64,000 nt of DNA from Caulobacteraceae bacterium (GTDB lineage Bacteria; Pseudomonadota; Alphaproteobacteria; Caulobacterales; Caulobacteraceae): the NCBI GenBank assembly GCA_044376615.1, contig JBILKO010000001.1, positions 6,148-70,147 on the forward strand, in the 5' to 3' direction. The position numbers and the translations under genes are program-made. A model generated the notes under the pieces. The model had not been told where the DNA came from. It ran no database searches and saw only the letters and a program-made list of their open reading frames with translations. Shown one piece after another: positions 30,233 to 40,297 of the stretch. The number at the start of each line of letters is the position of its first letter. The stretch's first letter is position 1.

Positions 30233-32305
30233 ATGCGCCAGGATGGCAACGGCCCGAGGTTTACAATCCGATCGGGCCTGAGTGGTTTTTGCGCAGGGCG
30301 TGTGATTTTGATGATTTCTGAGCCTCCTGTTATAGAGACGGTCGTTGTTCGTGCAGCGCGCCTTGCCCCATCACCAGCGGACAAGGTGTTTTCGATTGTG
30401 CGCCTGGACGAGGGCGATTTAGCTGCCGCGCCGCGTCTTGATGACGCTTTGAAACAGGTGCCTGGCGCGTCACTGTTTCGGCGCACCTCTAGCCTTTCGG
30501 CTAATCCAACCTCTCAAGGCCTGTCCTTACGCGCCATAGCGCCATCGGGCGCGGGCCGGGCCTTGGTGACCCTGGATGGGGTGCCGCAAAATGACCCCTT
30601 TGGCGGCTGGGTGATCTGGTCGGCCCTGCCACCAGAAGGTCTATCGGGGGTATCGGTAGTGCGTGGGGCGGGGGCAGGCGCTTATGGTGCCGGGGCCTTG
30701 ACCGGGATGGTCGCCCTAGACGAGGCGGCCGGTTCGACCCGCAATCTGGAGGCCTCAGCCGGTGAGCTCGGCTCGGCCCGGCTAGGCCTGGCTTATGGTG
30801 AGGGACCGGTCTTTATGGTGGCCAGCCGCGAAACCTCGCAAGGCTATGTGCCGGTCCGCGGCGCACGCTCAGGCGCTGCGGATCGACGCACCGATCTAGA
30901 GACCTGGAGTGCCTCGACCCGTCTGCAATATGATCTCGGCCAGGTGGTCGCCGCCTTCCGCCTTGGGGCCTATCAAGAAGATCGCGGTGCGGGCCTGAAA
31001 GGGGCCAATTCGCGGGCTGAGGGCCAACAGGCCAGCCTGACCCTGGCCCAGACTTCGGATGCCGATGCCAGCGGCTGGCGCGCTCAGGCCTGGGTAAGGC
31101 GCTCTAACCTCTCCAATAGCTCTGTGGCTGTGTCGGCTGACCGCGCAACAACCACGCCTGCCAATAACCAATATGCCACCCCGGCCACTGGTTATGGCCT
31201 CAATGCGGCCTGGCGCGGGGCTGGCCAGGGCTGGACCAGCGAGATCGGGGCTGATGCGCGTCTGACGGATGGCGAAGTACACGAGCTGTTTCGCTATCAG
31301 GGTGGTGCCTTTACGCGTGACCGCCGTGCGGGTGGTCGCACCCAGGTCGTCGGCACCTATTGGGAAGGTTCGCGCCAATCGGGTCGCTGGCTGCTGGCCG
31401 GTGGGGCGCGTCTAGACGCCTGGCAGGCAACGGACGGCTTTCGGCGCGAGACCAATGCCCAGACCGGGTCCGTCACCCTAAGCCAGACCTTTGCCAGGAC
31501 CAATGGCCTTGAACCCACCGCCAGGCTGGGCCTTAAGCGGGATTTTGGCGACGGGCTTTATTGGCGCAGCGCCGTCTATTCCGGTTTCCGCACCCCGACC
31601 CTAAACGAGCTCTACCGTCCGTTCCGGGTTGGCAATGACATAACCGAAGCCAATCCGGCGCTGAAGCCAGAGCGCTTGGCGGGCCTAGACCTGAGCCTTG
31701 GCGGCGAGGGCGCGTGGCGCTGGAGCCTCGGCGGCTTTGCCAATCGTCTCAGCGACCCGGTAACTAATGTGACTCTGGGTGCAGGGCCTGGCGTACTGGC
31801 GGTCCTGCCGAGCGCGGGTTTTATCCCGGCGGGCGGTGTCCTAAGGCAGCGGCAAAATGCGGGGCAGATTATGGCCTATGGGCTTGAGGCCGAGGCCGCG
31901 CGGGACCTGACGCCCACCCTCAACGTTCGCGCAGCCCTATCGGCAACCCATGCCCGGGTTGAGGGCGCAGATAAGGCACCGCAATTGAATGGCAAGCGTC
32001 CGGCCCAGACCCCGGAACTGACGCTGGTTGCCCAACTGCGTTGGACCCCGGTCCAGCCCTTGACCCTAAGCGCTGACCTTCGGTTCGAGACTGCGCGCTA
32101 TGAGGATGACCTTAATACCCGCCGCCTGGCTCCCGCCACCAGCCTGGATGCACGGGCAGGCTGGGCGCTTGCCAAGGGCCTTGAGGTCTATTTGGCCGCC
32201 GACAATGTCATCAATGCCAAGATCGCCGTGGCCCAGTCCGCCGATGGCGTCACCGGCTATGGCGCGCCGCGCCTGGTGCGGGTGGGCCTCAGTGTTAGGC
32301 GTTAG
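30233..32305 (+). CDS. TonB-dependent receptor (no recognisable signal peptide; possibly defective)
   Basis: Plug domain ('LDGVPQNDPFGGWV', 'VSVVRGAGAGAYGAGALTG') and a beta-barrel with 'FRTPTLNELY'. An in-frame TAA lies immediately before the ATG. Confidence 0.8.
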   Translation: MRQDGNGPRFTIRSGLSGFCAGRVILMISEPPVIETVVVRAARLAPSPADKVFSIVRLDEGDLAAAPRLDDALKQVPGASLFRRTSSLSANPTSQGLSLRAIAPSGAGRALVTLDGVPQNDPFGGWVIWSALPPEGLSGVSVVRGAGAGAYGAGALTGMVALDEAAGSTRNLEASAGELGSARLGLAYGEGPVFMVASRETSQGYVPVRGARSGAADRRTDLETWSASTRLQYDLGQVVAAFRLGAYQEDRGAGLKGANSRAEGQQASLTLAQTSDADASGWRAQAWVRRSNLSNSSVAVSADRATTTPANNQYATPATGYGLNAAWRGAGQGWTSEIGADARLTDGEVHELFRYQGGAFTRDRRAGGRTQVVGTYWEGSRQSGRWLLAGGARLDAWQATDGFRRETNAQTGSVTLSQTFARTNGLEPTARLGLKRDFGDGLYWRSAVYSGFRTPTLNELYRPFRVGNDITEANPALKPERLAGLDLSLGGEGAWRWSLGGFANRLSDPVTNVTLGAGPGVLAVLPSAGFIPAGGVLRQRQNAGQIMAYGLEAEAARDLTPTLNVRAALSATHARVEGADKAPQLNGKRPAQTPELTLVAQLRWTPVQPLTLSADLRFETARYEDDLNTRRLAPATSLDARAGWALAKGLEVYLAADNVINAKIAVAQSADGVTGYGAPRLVRVGLSVRR

Positions 32306-33405
32306 CGACCACAACCTGCCACCTTGCAGGCGGCGTCATCGGACCAGCTGATCAGGCGCACCAGCATGGCCCCGATCTCGTGCAGGGGCGAGGTCGCAAG
32401 CGACAGGACCTGACCATCCAGCGGGGCCGTGACCGTTGCCGTGACCTGGCCAAAGGGATTGCTGATCGTGGCCAATACCTGGCCTGCCTTGACCTTATCG
32501 CCGATCTTGACCTTGAGCCGGGCATAGCCGCCGCGCGGGGCCGAGACATTGGTGGTCAGATTGCCGATATAGGGATCGGGCCCAGGCTTGGTTATCTGCC
32601 CTACGACCATGCCCTGATCGATCATCAGGTTTTTGATGCCGGTAAGCGCCCGCTCGATCATCACCGGGTCAAATACTTCCGGCGCGCCGAGCTCCAAGGT
32701 CACGGCCGTCATGCCCGCAGCATTGAGCATATTCTCAATCGCTCCGTTCACGCCCGGATCAAGCTTGATGACATCAGGCCGGATCACTTCGGCCATGTGT
32801 TTAGCTGCTGGGGTTTGGGCGAAGATGTACATGGGATAGAGCGTGCCGCGTGACTGGGTGTGCAGATCAATGGCCAGATCAGCATTGCCGATAAACAGGC
32901 CCGTCCAGAGCCGCCCGGCATAGACATCGGCAATATCATCGCTATTCACATCGCCGGGCATTTTGCGGTTTAAGTTGCTGGTGCCCGCGCCCTCACTCGG
33001 CTGAAACCCGCGCGCGGCCTGCAAGAGGCCAGGCTGGTTCAGGCCGGGCACGCCAATCACAACCCCGCTCAGCAGTTTGGGATCAAGGTCCTTGAACAGG
33101 TCCTGGATGACCGCAATGCCATTGAGCTCATCGCCATGCACAGCGGCCGTGAGCAAGAGCCGCTTGCCGGGCCTTGCCCCCTTGGCAACCAGGACCGGCA
33201 CATACCAGCCAAGCCCAGTCGCCTGGTCCGTGACCCGAAAATAGAAGCGCGACAGGCTGGCAGGTGGCAGGTCGCTGACATCCAGGGCCGAAATCACCGG
33301 CGCCCCATCCATCCTGTCGCCGGTCAGGACCGTGGCGGCCTGGGTCTGCGCCCCACCTAGGGCGAGCGTGAGGCTAGCGATCAGAAGGGCAGCAAGGCGT
33401 TTCAT
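32302..33405 (-). CDS. Succinylglutamate desuccinylase/aspartoacylase (AstE/AspA) family zinc hydrolase, secreted
   Basis: 'AAVHGDELNG' zinc motif. Signal peptide 'MKRLAALLIASLTLALGGAQTQA' from the ATG at 33405 (track ORF runs to 33456). C-terminal barrel-sandwich domain 'KIGDKVKAGQVLATI'. Confidence 0.8.
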   Translation of the reverse strand: MKRLAALLIASLTLALGGAQTQAATVLTGDRMDGAPVISALDVSDLPPASLSRFYFRVTDQATGLGWYVPVLVAKGARPGKRLLLTAAVHGDELNGIAVIQDLFKDLDPKLLSGVVIGVPGLNQPGLLQAARGFQPSEGAGTSNLNRKMPGDVNSDDIADVYAGRLWTGLFIGNADLAIDLHTQSRGTLYPMYIFAQTPAAKHMAEVIRPDVIKLDPGVNGAIENMLNAAGMTAVTLELGAPEVFDPVMIERALTGIKNLMIDQGMVVGQITKPGPDPYIGNLTTNVSAPRGGYARLKVKIGDKVKAGQVLATISNPFGQVTATVTAPLDGQVLSLATSPLHEIGAMLVRLISWSDDAACKVAGCGR

Positions 33406-33407
33406 GC

Positions 33408-34604
33408 TTAAGGCCGCTCGAATATGGCCGCCAGGCCCTGGCCGCCGCCAACGCACATGGTCTCTAGGCCATAGCGGCCCTTGCGGCGCTCTAGCTCATA
33501 CAACAAGGTGGCCAAGATCCGCCCACCGGTTGCGGCAATCGGGTGGCCGAGCGAAATGCCTGAGCCATTGACGTTCAAACGCTCTGGATCATGCCAGTTC
33601 CAGCCCTTGAGCACGGCCAGTACCTGACAGGCAAAGGCCTCATTCAACTCAACCAGATCCATCTTGTCGACCGTCAGTCCTGTGCGGGCCATCAGCTTTT
33701 CAACGGCGGGGACAGGGCCATAGCCCATAGTGCCGGGGTGACACCCCGCTGCTGCCCAGCCGACCAAATAGCCGATGGGCTCTAGATTAAGTTCGGCCAA
33801 CTTATCCTCGGCCACGATCAGACAGGCGGCGGCAGCATCGTTTTGCTGGCTGGAATTACCGGCCGTGACGATGCCGTCCTTCATGATCGGACGCAGGGCG
33901 GCCATGCTGGCGACAGTGGCATCGCTGCGCACGCCCTCGTCGCGGCTGACCAGGACGGGATCACCCTTGCGCTGCGGCACGCTGATCGGGACAAGTTCCT
34001 GATCAAAGGCCCCGCGCGCCCAGGCCGCGGCTGCCCGCGCATGGCTCTGGGCGGCATATTCGTCTGAGGCTTCACGGCTAATATTATGCTCGCGCGCCAG
34101 GTTTTCGGCGGTCTCGATCATGCCGGAAATCTTGCCAAAGCGCTCAACCGGCTGGGATCGCTCGCGGCCGCGCTCAAGCCGGTCATGCAGGGTGACAGAG
34201 CCGGCCCGCGCGCCGCCGCGCATGTCGGTGGTATAGTATTCAACATTGCTCATGCTCTCGACGCCGCCCGCAATCACGACATCGGCGGCGCCGGTCTGGA
34301 CCATCATGGCGGCATTGACGATGGCTTGCAGCCCGCCGCCGCAGCGCCGATCGACCTGGCTGCCCGGCACCTCGATCGGAAGATCCGCCGCCAAAGCCGC
34401 CCAGCGGCCAATGCAGGGCGTCTCGCCATTGGCATAGCTTTGAGCAAAGACGACATCCTCGATCCGGGCGGGATCAATGCCGCTGCGGGCCACAACCGCC
34501 TTGACGACGGCGGCGGCCAGGGTCTCTACCGGGACAGAGGCCATGGACCCTAGGAACTTGCCAACCGGGGTGCGGACAGGGGCGATAATGGCAGCGCGGC
34601 GCAT
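33408..34604 (-). CDS. Acetyl-CoA C-acetyltransferase (thiolase II)
   Basis: 398 aa. Active-site region 'VDRRCGGGLQAI', 'NGSGISLGHPIAATG' and C-terminal 'CVGGGQG'. Confidence 0.92.
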   Translation of the reverse strand: MRRAAIIAPVRTPVGKFLGSMASVPVETLAAAVVKAVVARSGIDPARIEDVVFAQSYANGETPCIGRWAALAADLPIEVPGSQVDRRCGGGLQAIVNAAMMVQTGAADVVIAGGVESMSNVEYYTTDMRGGARAGSVTLHDRLERGRERSQPVERFGKISGMIETAENLAREHNISREASDEYAAQSHARAAAAWARGAFDQELVPISVPQRKGDPVLVSRDEGVRSDATVASMAALRPIMKDGIVTAGNSSQQNDAAAACLIVAEDKLAELNLEPIGYLVGWAAAGCHPGTMGYGPVPAVEKLMARTGLTVDKMDLVELNEAFACQVLAVLKGWNWHDPERLNVNGSGISLGHPIAATGGRILATLLYELERRKGRYGLETMCVGGGQGLAAIFERP

Positions 34605-34733
34605 GGGCGTCTGATCTCCAACCTAAACCTTGCCCTTTATGAACCGGGCTTTGGCTTGACCCAAGGCCAAAATCGGACACCAATCGGATTTCCAGGCCGC
34701 CAATGCACGCGGCCCTAGGGGGAGAAACACAAG

Positions 34734-35129
34734 ATGACACCTTTGCTGACCTTATTGGCCTGGACCCTGGTCCTGGCCTTTGCCCAGATTCTATCCTTCG
34801 ATTTTGCTCGGACCGGACAATACGGCCTGAAATGGAATACTGGCCCGCGCGACGAGACCATGCCGCCGCTTAGCGCCTTTGCCGAACGCCTGCGCCGCGC
34901 CCAGGATAATCTTTATGAGACCCTGCCTCTGTTTATTGCCGCAGTCCTGATTGCGCATGCGGCGGGCAAGGAAAATGCCCAGACCGTTATGGGCGCGCAA
35001 ATCTATTTGGCTGGGCGGGTGGTCTATGTCCCGCTCTATGCGTTTGGCGTGCGCCAGGTTCGGTCCCTGGTCTGGCTAGCCAGCACGGCGGGCCTGTTAC
35101 TGATCATCTGGAACCTTTTGGCCGGTTGA
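34734..35129 (+). CDS. MAPEG-family membrane protein
   Basis: 131 aa, 3-4 TM helices. 'RAQDNLYETLPLF' and 'GRVVYVPLY' motifs are typical of bacterial MAPEG proteins. Confidence 0.7.
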   Translation: MTPLLTLLAWTLVLAFAQILSFDFARTGQYGLKWNTGPRDETMPPLSAFAERLRRAQDNLYETLPLFIAAVLIAHAAGKENAQTVMGAQIYLAGRVVYVPLYAFGVRQVRSLVWLASTAGLLLIIWNLLAG

Positions 35130-35130
35130 G

Positions 35131-35682
35131 TTGAGCATATTTGATTTTCAAAGCGGGCCGGGGGCGTCACAGGCCCCGGCCCTGCAGACCGAGCGCTTAA
35201 CCCTGCGCGGTCATAGCCTCGATGACTTCAATGCCAGCTTAGCGCTTTGGAGCGATCCGAGCGTCACCCGCTTTATTGGCGGCAGGCCAGCGACCACCTC
35301 TGAAGTCTGGTCCCGGATCCTGACCTATACCGGTCACTGGGCCTTGATGGGGTTTGGCTATTGGGCCGTTATCGAGACCAAGACCGGCCGGTTTATTGGC
35401 GAGGTGGGCCTGGCCTATAGCCGGCGCGATATAGACCCGCCTTTGGATCAATGTCCCGAAAGCGGCTGGGCCTTTATCCCCGATGTTCATGGCCTGGGCC
35501 TGGCCAGCGAGGCGGTGCGCGCCGCCCTGGCATGGGCCGATCACCATTTTGGCCGCACCGACAGCGTCTGTATGATCGACCCAGCCAATGCGCCCTCAAT
35601 CACCCTGGCCAAGCGCTGCGGCTATAGCCTGCGCGGCGATGCCCAGTTTCGCGGCTCAAAGACCCTGATCTTTGAGCGCTAG
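35131..35682 (+). CDS. GNAT-family N-acetyltransferase (RimJ/RimL-like)
   Basis: 183 aa. 'TERLTLR' N-terminus and 'GLGLASEAVRAAL' acetyl-CoA loop. TTG start. Confidence 0.75.
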   Translation: MSIFDFQSGPGASQAPALQTERLTLRGHSLDDFNASLALWSDPSVTRFIGGRPATTSEVWSRILTYTGHWALMGFGYWAVIETKTGRFIGEVGLAYSRRDIDPPLDQCPESGWAFIPDVHGLGLASEAVRAALAWADHHFGRTDSVCMIDPANAPSITLAKRCGYSLRGDAQFRGSKTLIFER

Positions 35683-35728
35683 GTCCAGTTTTCCCATTTA
35701 AATTGGATCCCTAAGGTCGCTACACCCG

Positions 35729-36640
35729 ATGACAAAAGACGACCATGAAACAGAGCAAAGTTCGGCGCTGGGCTGGGTCTGGCTTTCGCGATTCATTGCG
35801 GTTGATCGGCGGCTTGCTCAAAGGGCATCGGGCAATCGCGCAACACGCTTCATTTATGAATTTATTCGCTTTGGCATGAAGCAGGCCTGGGCCTGTTTGT
35901 TCGGCGGTGCCATGCTGGCGCTCCTGCTGGCCACCCATCTTTGGTATCCGAAAGACGCTTTATTTGCGCGCTATGATTTTCTTGTGCTGGCGGCCTTGTC
36001 GGTTCAGGTCGGCATGCTGGTCTGGCGGCTTGAGACCTGGGAAGAAGCCCGGGTCATCTTGGTCTTTCACCTCGTCGGGACGGCGATGGAGATTTTTAAA
36101 ACCCGCATGGGCTCTTGGATTTATCCTGAGCCAAGTCTCTTGCGATTGGGGGGCGTTCCGCTCTTTTCAGGATTTATGTATGCGGCGGTCGGCAGTTACA
36201 TCGCGCGGGCCTGGCGCCTGTTTGATTTTCAGTTTGAGCGTTATCCGCCACTATGGGCGACCTGGCTGCTCGCGGCTGCAATCTATGGGAACTTTTTCCT
36301 CCACCATTATTGGTATGATTTAAGGTGGATCATATTGGCGGCGTTTTTTCTGCTCTTCGGAAGAACCGTGATTTGGTTTCGCGTGCACCATCACTGGCGC
36401 TGGATGCCCGTTCCAATATCGACCTTTTTGGTCGCGCTGTTTATTTGGATTGGCGAAAACATTGGCACCTGGTCCAGGGCTTGGATCTACCCATCCCAAT
36501 CCAGCGGTTGGTCGCCCGTACCCCTGTCAAAGCTATCGGCCTGGTATTTGCTGATGATTATCAGTGTTGTCCTTGTAACCCTGGTTCAAAAGCCCAAGGC
36601 GTTTGACAAGCGCGGGGCCGAGCTCCAGCCGAATGGCTGA
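35729..36640 (+). CDS. DUF817-family integral membrane protein
   Basis: 303 aa polytopic protein. 'FIRFGMKQAWACLFGG' and 'WIGENIGT' are as I recognise them from DUF817 proteins. Confidence 0.6.
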   Translation: MTKDDHETEQSSALGWVWLSRFIAVDRRLAQRASGNRATRFIYEFIRFGMKQAWACLFGGAMLALLLATHLWYPKDALFARYDFLVLAALSVQVGMLVWRLETWEEARVILVFHLVGTAMEIFKTRMGSWIYPEPSLLRLGGVPLFSGFMYAAVGSYIARAWRLFDFQFERYPPLWATWLLAAAIYGNFFLHHYWYDLRWIILAAFFLLFGRTVIWFRVHHHWRWMPVPISTFLVALFIWIGENIGTWSRAWIYPSQSSGWSPVPLSKLSAWYLLMIISVVLVTLVQKPKAFDKRGAELQPNG

Positions 36641-36979
36641 ATGCATATTTACCAATCATCGCTTCAGGACCCCGCCCGGCGAGGCCTGAAATCAGTGTGG
36701 AAATGCATGGCATCCTTGCCCCCAGCCACAGCTCAGCCTGCTTGTGGCAAGGCACTGACCAGGCCCACGGCTCCGGCCGATAGCATTAATTTACGGCGAT
36801 CAAGGCGCATTGTGGTTCATCCTCAAATCCAGGCTGGCAAACTAGGCCCCTGGAGTGGCCCCTGACAAGGGCGCACCGGCGCGCGATTATTGCTTGTCAA
36901 AAGTATTGTAAAAATCGCCATCTTGACGGGTTTTCACCGGCCTTGTCTTGTGGGTGTCGGGGACATTGGGGGGCAGACC

Positions 36980-38926
36980 ATGCGTGTATTGGGTTTGATT
37001 GTATTGGCCTGGACGGCGGCTATAGGATCGCAGGCCTATGCCGAGGCGGCGGGCGCGCCAGTGTCTACGGTGCCGATCGCGGTCTATGGGCGCTTGCCCA
37101 ATGTGCAGCAAATAGCCTTATCGCCCAGCGGCCGGTTCATGGTGGCTCAGATTTCCGAGAACGGGAAAATGTTCCTACAGGTCCGCGACGCCGACAGTTT
37201 GAAAGTGACCGGGCAGGTCAGTCTTCCGATCGTCAAGCTGCGCAATCTGCAATGGGCCGATGATACGCACATTATCATCACCTATTCGGTGACCAGCGAA
37301 ATGAAGGGGTTTACTGGTCCCAAGCGCGAAGTCTATTTGGGGTTGGAATTTGACCTAGCAACGGGTCAGTCCCGGCAATTATTGGCCAATAATGATGGTC
37401 TGAAAAACCTTTATTCGAAACCTGTCATCGTTGCCGACCCAGGCAGCAAGGCCGGCTATAGCCTAAGGGTTCAAGGCTCTATTTTTAAGGGAAATCAAGG
37501 CTATCATTCGGTGATTGCCGAGCAGGCTGGTTATTCCAAGGCCTTGTTTGTTGGCGATGAGATCGCCTGGGACTATGTCATCGGCCCCGCTGGGGAAATT
37601 GTCGGCCGGATGGATTACCAAAAGCGCAGCGGCATTTGGCGAGTATTTGTTGGCCCCGATCGCTGGCATTGGAAGCTCGCGCAGTCGGGTACTGACCTGG
37701 TGGATGTTCCATGGTTTGGCGGCGTTTCAGCCGATGGCAAGACGGTGTTTGTCAGCAAGCTTCAAGACGAAGTCCGAAACAATTATCCGGTTGATGTGGC
37801 GTCAGCGACCTGGGGCGCGGCGATCGCGGACCTGGAGGACCATGGCCTAGTCAATGCTGAAAACAGCGAGGTCGTGATCGCGGGGTTAACTGCGACGCTG
37901 GAGGGTTCCCAGTACCAGTTCCTCGATGCCAAAGACCAGGCTCTATGGCGGGGCATTGTTAAGGCCTTCGGGGGCGCGCAGGTCAGCTTTTCTTCCATGT
38001 CCGAAGACCGGATGAAATTCATAGTCCAGGTCGATGGCGGAGATTTTGGCTATGGCTATTACCTGGTCGATCGCAAGACCGGCGCTGCGAAATGGCTTTA
38101 CGATGTCTATACATCAATGGGGCCGCGTTATATCGCGCCAGTGAAAATCATTCACTACAAGGCTGCCGACGGGTTTGACGTCCCCGCCTATCTGACACTA
38201 CCTAAGGCGGGTGGTAAGGCGCTGCCCTTGGTTGTCATGCCCCACGGAGGGCCTTTTGCCCGCGATTATGCAGAATTTGATTGGTGGTCCCAGGCCTATG
38301 CCTCCATGGGCTATGCGGTCTTGCAGCCACAGTTTCGCGGCTCGGCTGGCCTTGGCGCGGATCATCAGAAAGCGGGGTACGGGGAATATGGCCGCAAGAT
38401 GCAGACGGACCTGTCTGATGGGGTCGCAGAATTGGCTAAGCAGGGCCTTATAGACTCCAAAAGAGTGGCAATTGTCGGTGGGTCTTACGGCGGCTATGCG
38501 GCCCTTGCGGGTGTAACCCTTCAGTCCGGCATTTATCGTTGCGCCGTGTCCGTGGCCGGACCGGCCGATACGCGGGGACAATTGAACTATTTCATGACGC
38601 AGTCGGGCTCGCGCGCGCCGAGCATTCGATACTGGAAAGAATATTTGGGTGTAAAGTCTGAATCTGATCCCATTATTGACGCCATATCACCCTATTATCA
38701 GGCTGGAAAAGCGTCGGCCCCGATCCTGCTTATGCATGGTACGGACGATACAGTCGTTCTTCCTGAGCAAAGCCGAAAGATGGCTGAGGCGCTCACAAAG
38801 GCGGGTAAGTCTGTTTCCTATCTAGAGCTCAAGGGCGAGGATCATTACCTCTCACTGTCTGAGACACGGCAACAGATGCTAACGCGATCGGCCGAGTTCC
38901 TCAGTCGTTGCAATCCGGCCAATTAG
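36980..38926 (+). CDS. S9-family serine peptidase (prolyl oligopeptidase/dipeptidyl aminopeptidase type), secreted
   Basis: Signal peptide 'MRVLGLIVLAWTAAIGSQAYA' from the ATG at 36980 and an N-terminal propeller. The C-terminal hydrolase domain has the nucleophile 'GGSYGGY' and 'HGTDDTVV'. Confidence 0.85.
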   Translation: MRVLGLIVLAWTAAIGSQAYAEAAGAPVSTVPIAVYGRLPNVQQIALSPSGRFMVAQISENGKMFLQVRDADSLKVTGQVSLPIVKLRNLQWADDTHIIITYSVTSEMKGFTGPKREVYLGLEFDLATGQSRQLLANNDGLKNLYSKPVIVADPGSKAGYSLRVQGSIFKGNQGYHSVIAEQAGYSKALFVGDEIAWDYVIGPAGEIVGRMDYQKRSGIWRVFVGPDRWHWKLAQSGTDLVDVPWFGGVSADGKTVFVSKLQDEVRNNYPVDVASATWGAAIADLEDHGLVNAENSEVVIAGLTATLEGSQYQFLDAKDQALWRGIVKAFGGAQVSFSSMSEDRMKFIVQVDGGDFGYGYYLVDRKTGAAKWLYDVYTSMGPRYIAPVKIIHYKAADGFDVPAYLTLPKAGGKALPLVVMPHGGPFARDYAEFDWWSQAYASMGYAVLQPQFRGSAGLGADHQKAGYGEYGRKMQTDLSDGVAELAKQGLIDSKRVAIVGGSYGGYAALAGVTLQSGIYRCAVSVAGPADTRGQLNYFMTQSGSRAPSIRYWKEYLGVKSESDPIIDAISPYYQAGKASAPILLMHGTDDTVVLPEQSRKMAEALTKAGKSVSYLELKGEDHYLSLSETRQQMLTRSAEFLSRCNPAN

Positions 38927-38927
38927 C

Positions 38928-40094
38928 CTAGGCGGCCGCATCCATCAGGTCAGCAAAGCGCTGAAACAGATAGAGCGAATCCGTAGGCCCGGGCGAAGCT
39001 TCAGGGTGGTGCTGCACGCTAAAGACAGGCTTGCCGGTAAGGCTTAGGCCGGCATTGGTGCCATCGAACAGCGAGACATGGGTTTCTTCAACGCCCCCTG
39101 GCAGGGTTTCCCGGTCGACCGTAAAGCCATGATTCATCGAGACGATCTCGACCTTGCCGGTGGTTAGGTCCTTGACGGGATGATTGGCGCCGTGGTGGCC
39201 CTGATCCATCTTGGTGGTCTGGGCCCCAAGCGCCAGGGCCAGCATCTGGTGGCCAAGGCAGATGCCAAATACCGGCTTGCCGCTGGCCACGAGGGCCTTG
39301 ATTTGGGGCACGGCATAGAGGCCCGTTGCGGCGGGGTCGCCGGGGCCATTGGACAGCATGATGCCGTCCGGATTGCGTGCCAGAATGTCTTCGGCCGATG
39401 TTGTCGCTGGGACAACAGTCACGTGAGCGCCCATGCTGGTTAGGGCGCGCAAGATGTTGCGCTTGACGCCATAGTCGACGACCACGACCTGGTATTTGGG
39501 CTTACCCGCCTGGGCATAGCCCTCCGGCCAGGTCCATAGCCCCTCGTCGAAATTGAAGGCCTGGGTACAGGAGGCATCTTTGGCCAGGTCTTGGCCAATA
39601 AGGCCGCCCCAGGCCTTGGCCTTGGCGACCAGGGCGTCAAGATCGAATTGGCCATCGGGGTTATGGGCGATGACGCCGTGCGGCATACCTTTTTCGCGGA
39701 TGATCCGGGTCAGGGCTCGTGTGTCGACCCCGGCTAGGCCGACAACGCCGCGCTTGGTCATCCAGTGCGATAGGCTATCGGCCGCGCGCCAATTGGCAGG
39801 CTCAGTCGGCACATCGCGAAAGATCGCGCCGCGAGCGGCCGTGGCCGCGCCCTGCCCAAATTCCTCAATATCTTCGCCATTGACCCCGACATTGCCAATA
39901 TGCGGGAAGGTAAAGGCAATGATCTGGGCCATATAGGACGGGTCGGTCAGGATCTCCTGATAGCCGGTCATGGCCGTATTAAAACAGACCTCGCCGATCG
40001 CATCCCCGACCGCCCCGACGCCTATCCCTTGCAAAATAGTTCCATCAGCCAGGGCCAGAACCCCCGTCGCGCCAAGCATCAGTTTTACGGTCAT
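38928..40094 (-). CDS. carA: Carbamoyl-phosphate synthase small (glutaminase) subunit
   Basis: 388 aa. '[17 protein letters not shown]', catalytic 'GICLGHQ' and 'HHGANHPV'. Confidence 0.95.
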   Translation of the reverse strand: MTVKLMLGATGVLALADGTILQGIGVGAVGDAIGEVCFNTAMTGYQEILTDPSYMAQIIAFTFPHIGNVGVNGEDIEEFGQGAATAARGAIFRDVPTEPANWRAADSLSHWMTKRGVVGLAGVDTRALTRIIREKGMPHGVIAHNPDGQFDLDALVAKAKAWGGLIGQDLAKDASCTQAFNFDEGLWTWPEGYAQAGKPKYQVVVVDYGVKRNILRALTSMGAHVTVVPATTSAEDILARNPDGIMLSNGPGDPAATGLYAVPQIKALVASGKPVFGICLGHQMLALALGAQTTKMDQGHHGANHPVKDLTTGKVEIVSMNHGFTVDRETLPGGVEETHVSLFDGTNAGLSLTGKPVFSVQHHPEASPGPTDSLYLFQRFADLMDAAA

Positions 40095-40297
40095 GAATTC
40101 GCCTCCGGTTGCGACTAGGCACGGTTAAGGACAGGCCGTTGGCCGCCTTGCCGAACACTCTGTCATGGAATCGACGAGACCGCGCCCCGCCAAACAAACG
40201 GAGCGGTGTTTAGGGGTGCGCGCGCGGGGGGTCAAGCCATGACGGCAGCGAGCGCGGCCTCTATAAGTATCTGGCGGAATCAGGCGCGGGGGCGGGG

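Noticed and set aside
36641-36865. 74-aa plus-strand ORF in the DUF817/S9 peptidase spacer
   Set aside because: There is no RBS, the composition is Pro/Ala/Arg-rich and non-coding-like, and no family was recognised. It was treated as intergenic.
40095-40297. Possible small gene or regulatory RNA in the 203-bp carA/HAD divergent region
   Set aside because: It contains only a short out-of-frame ATG ORF that ends in the HAD start region, and no convincing structure or operator motif. It was treated as a divergent promoter region.
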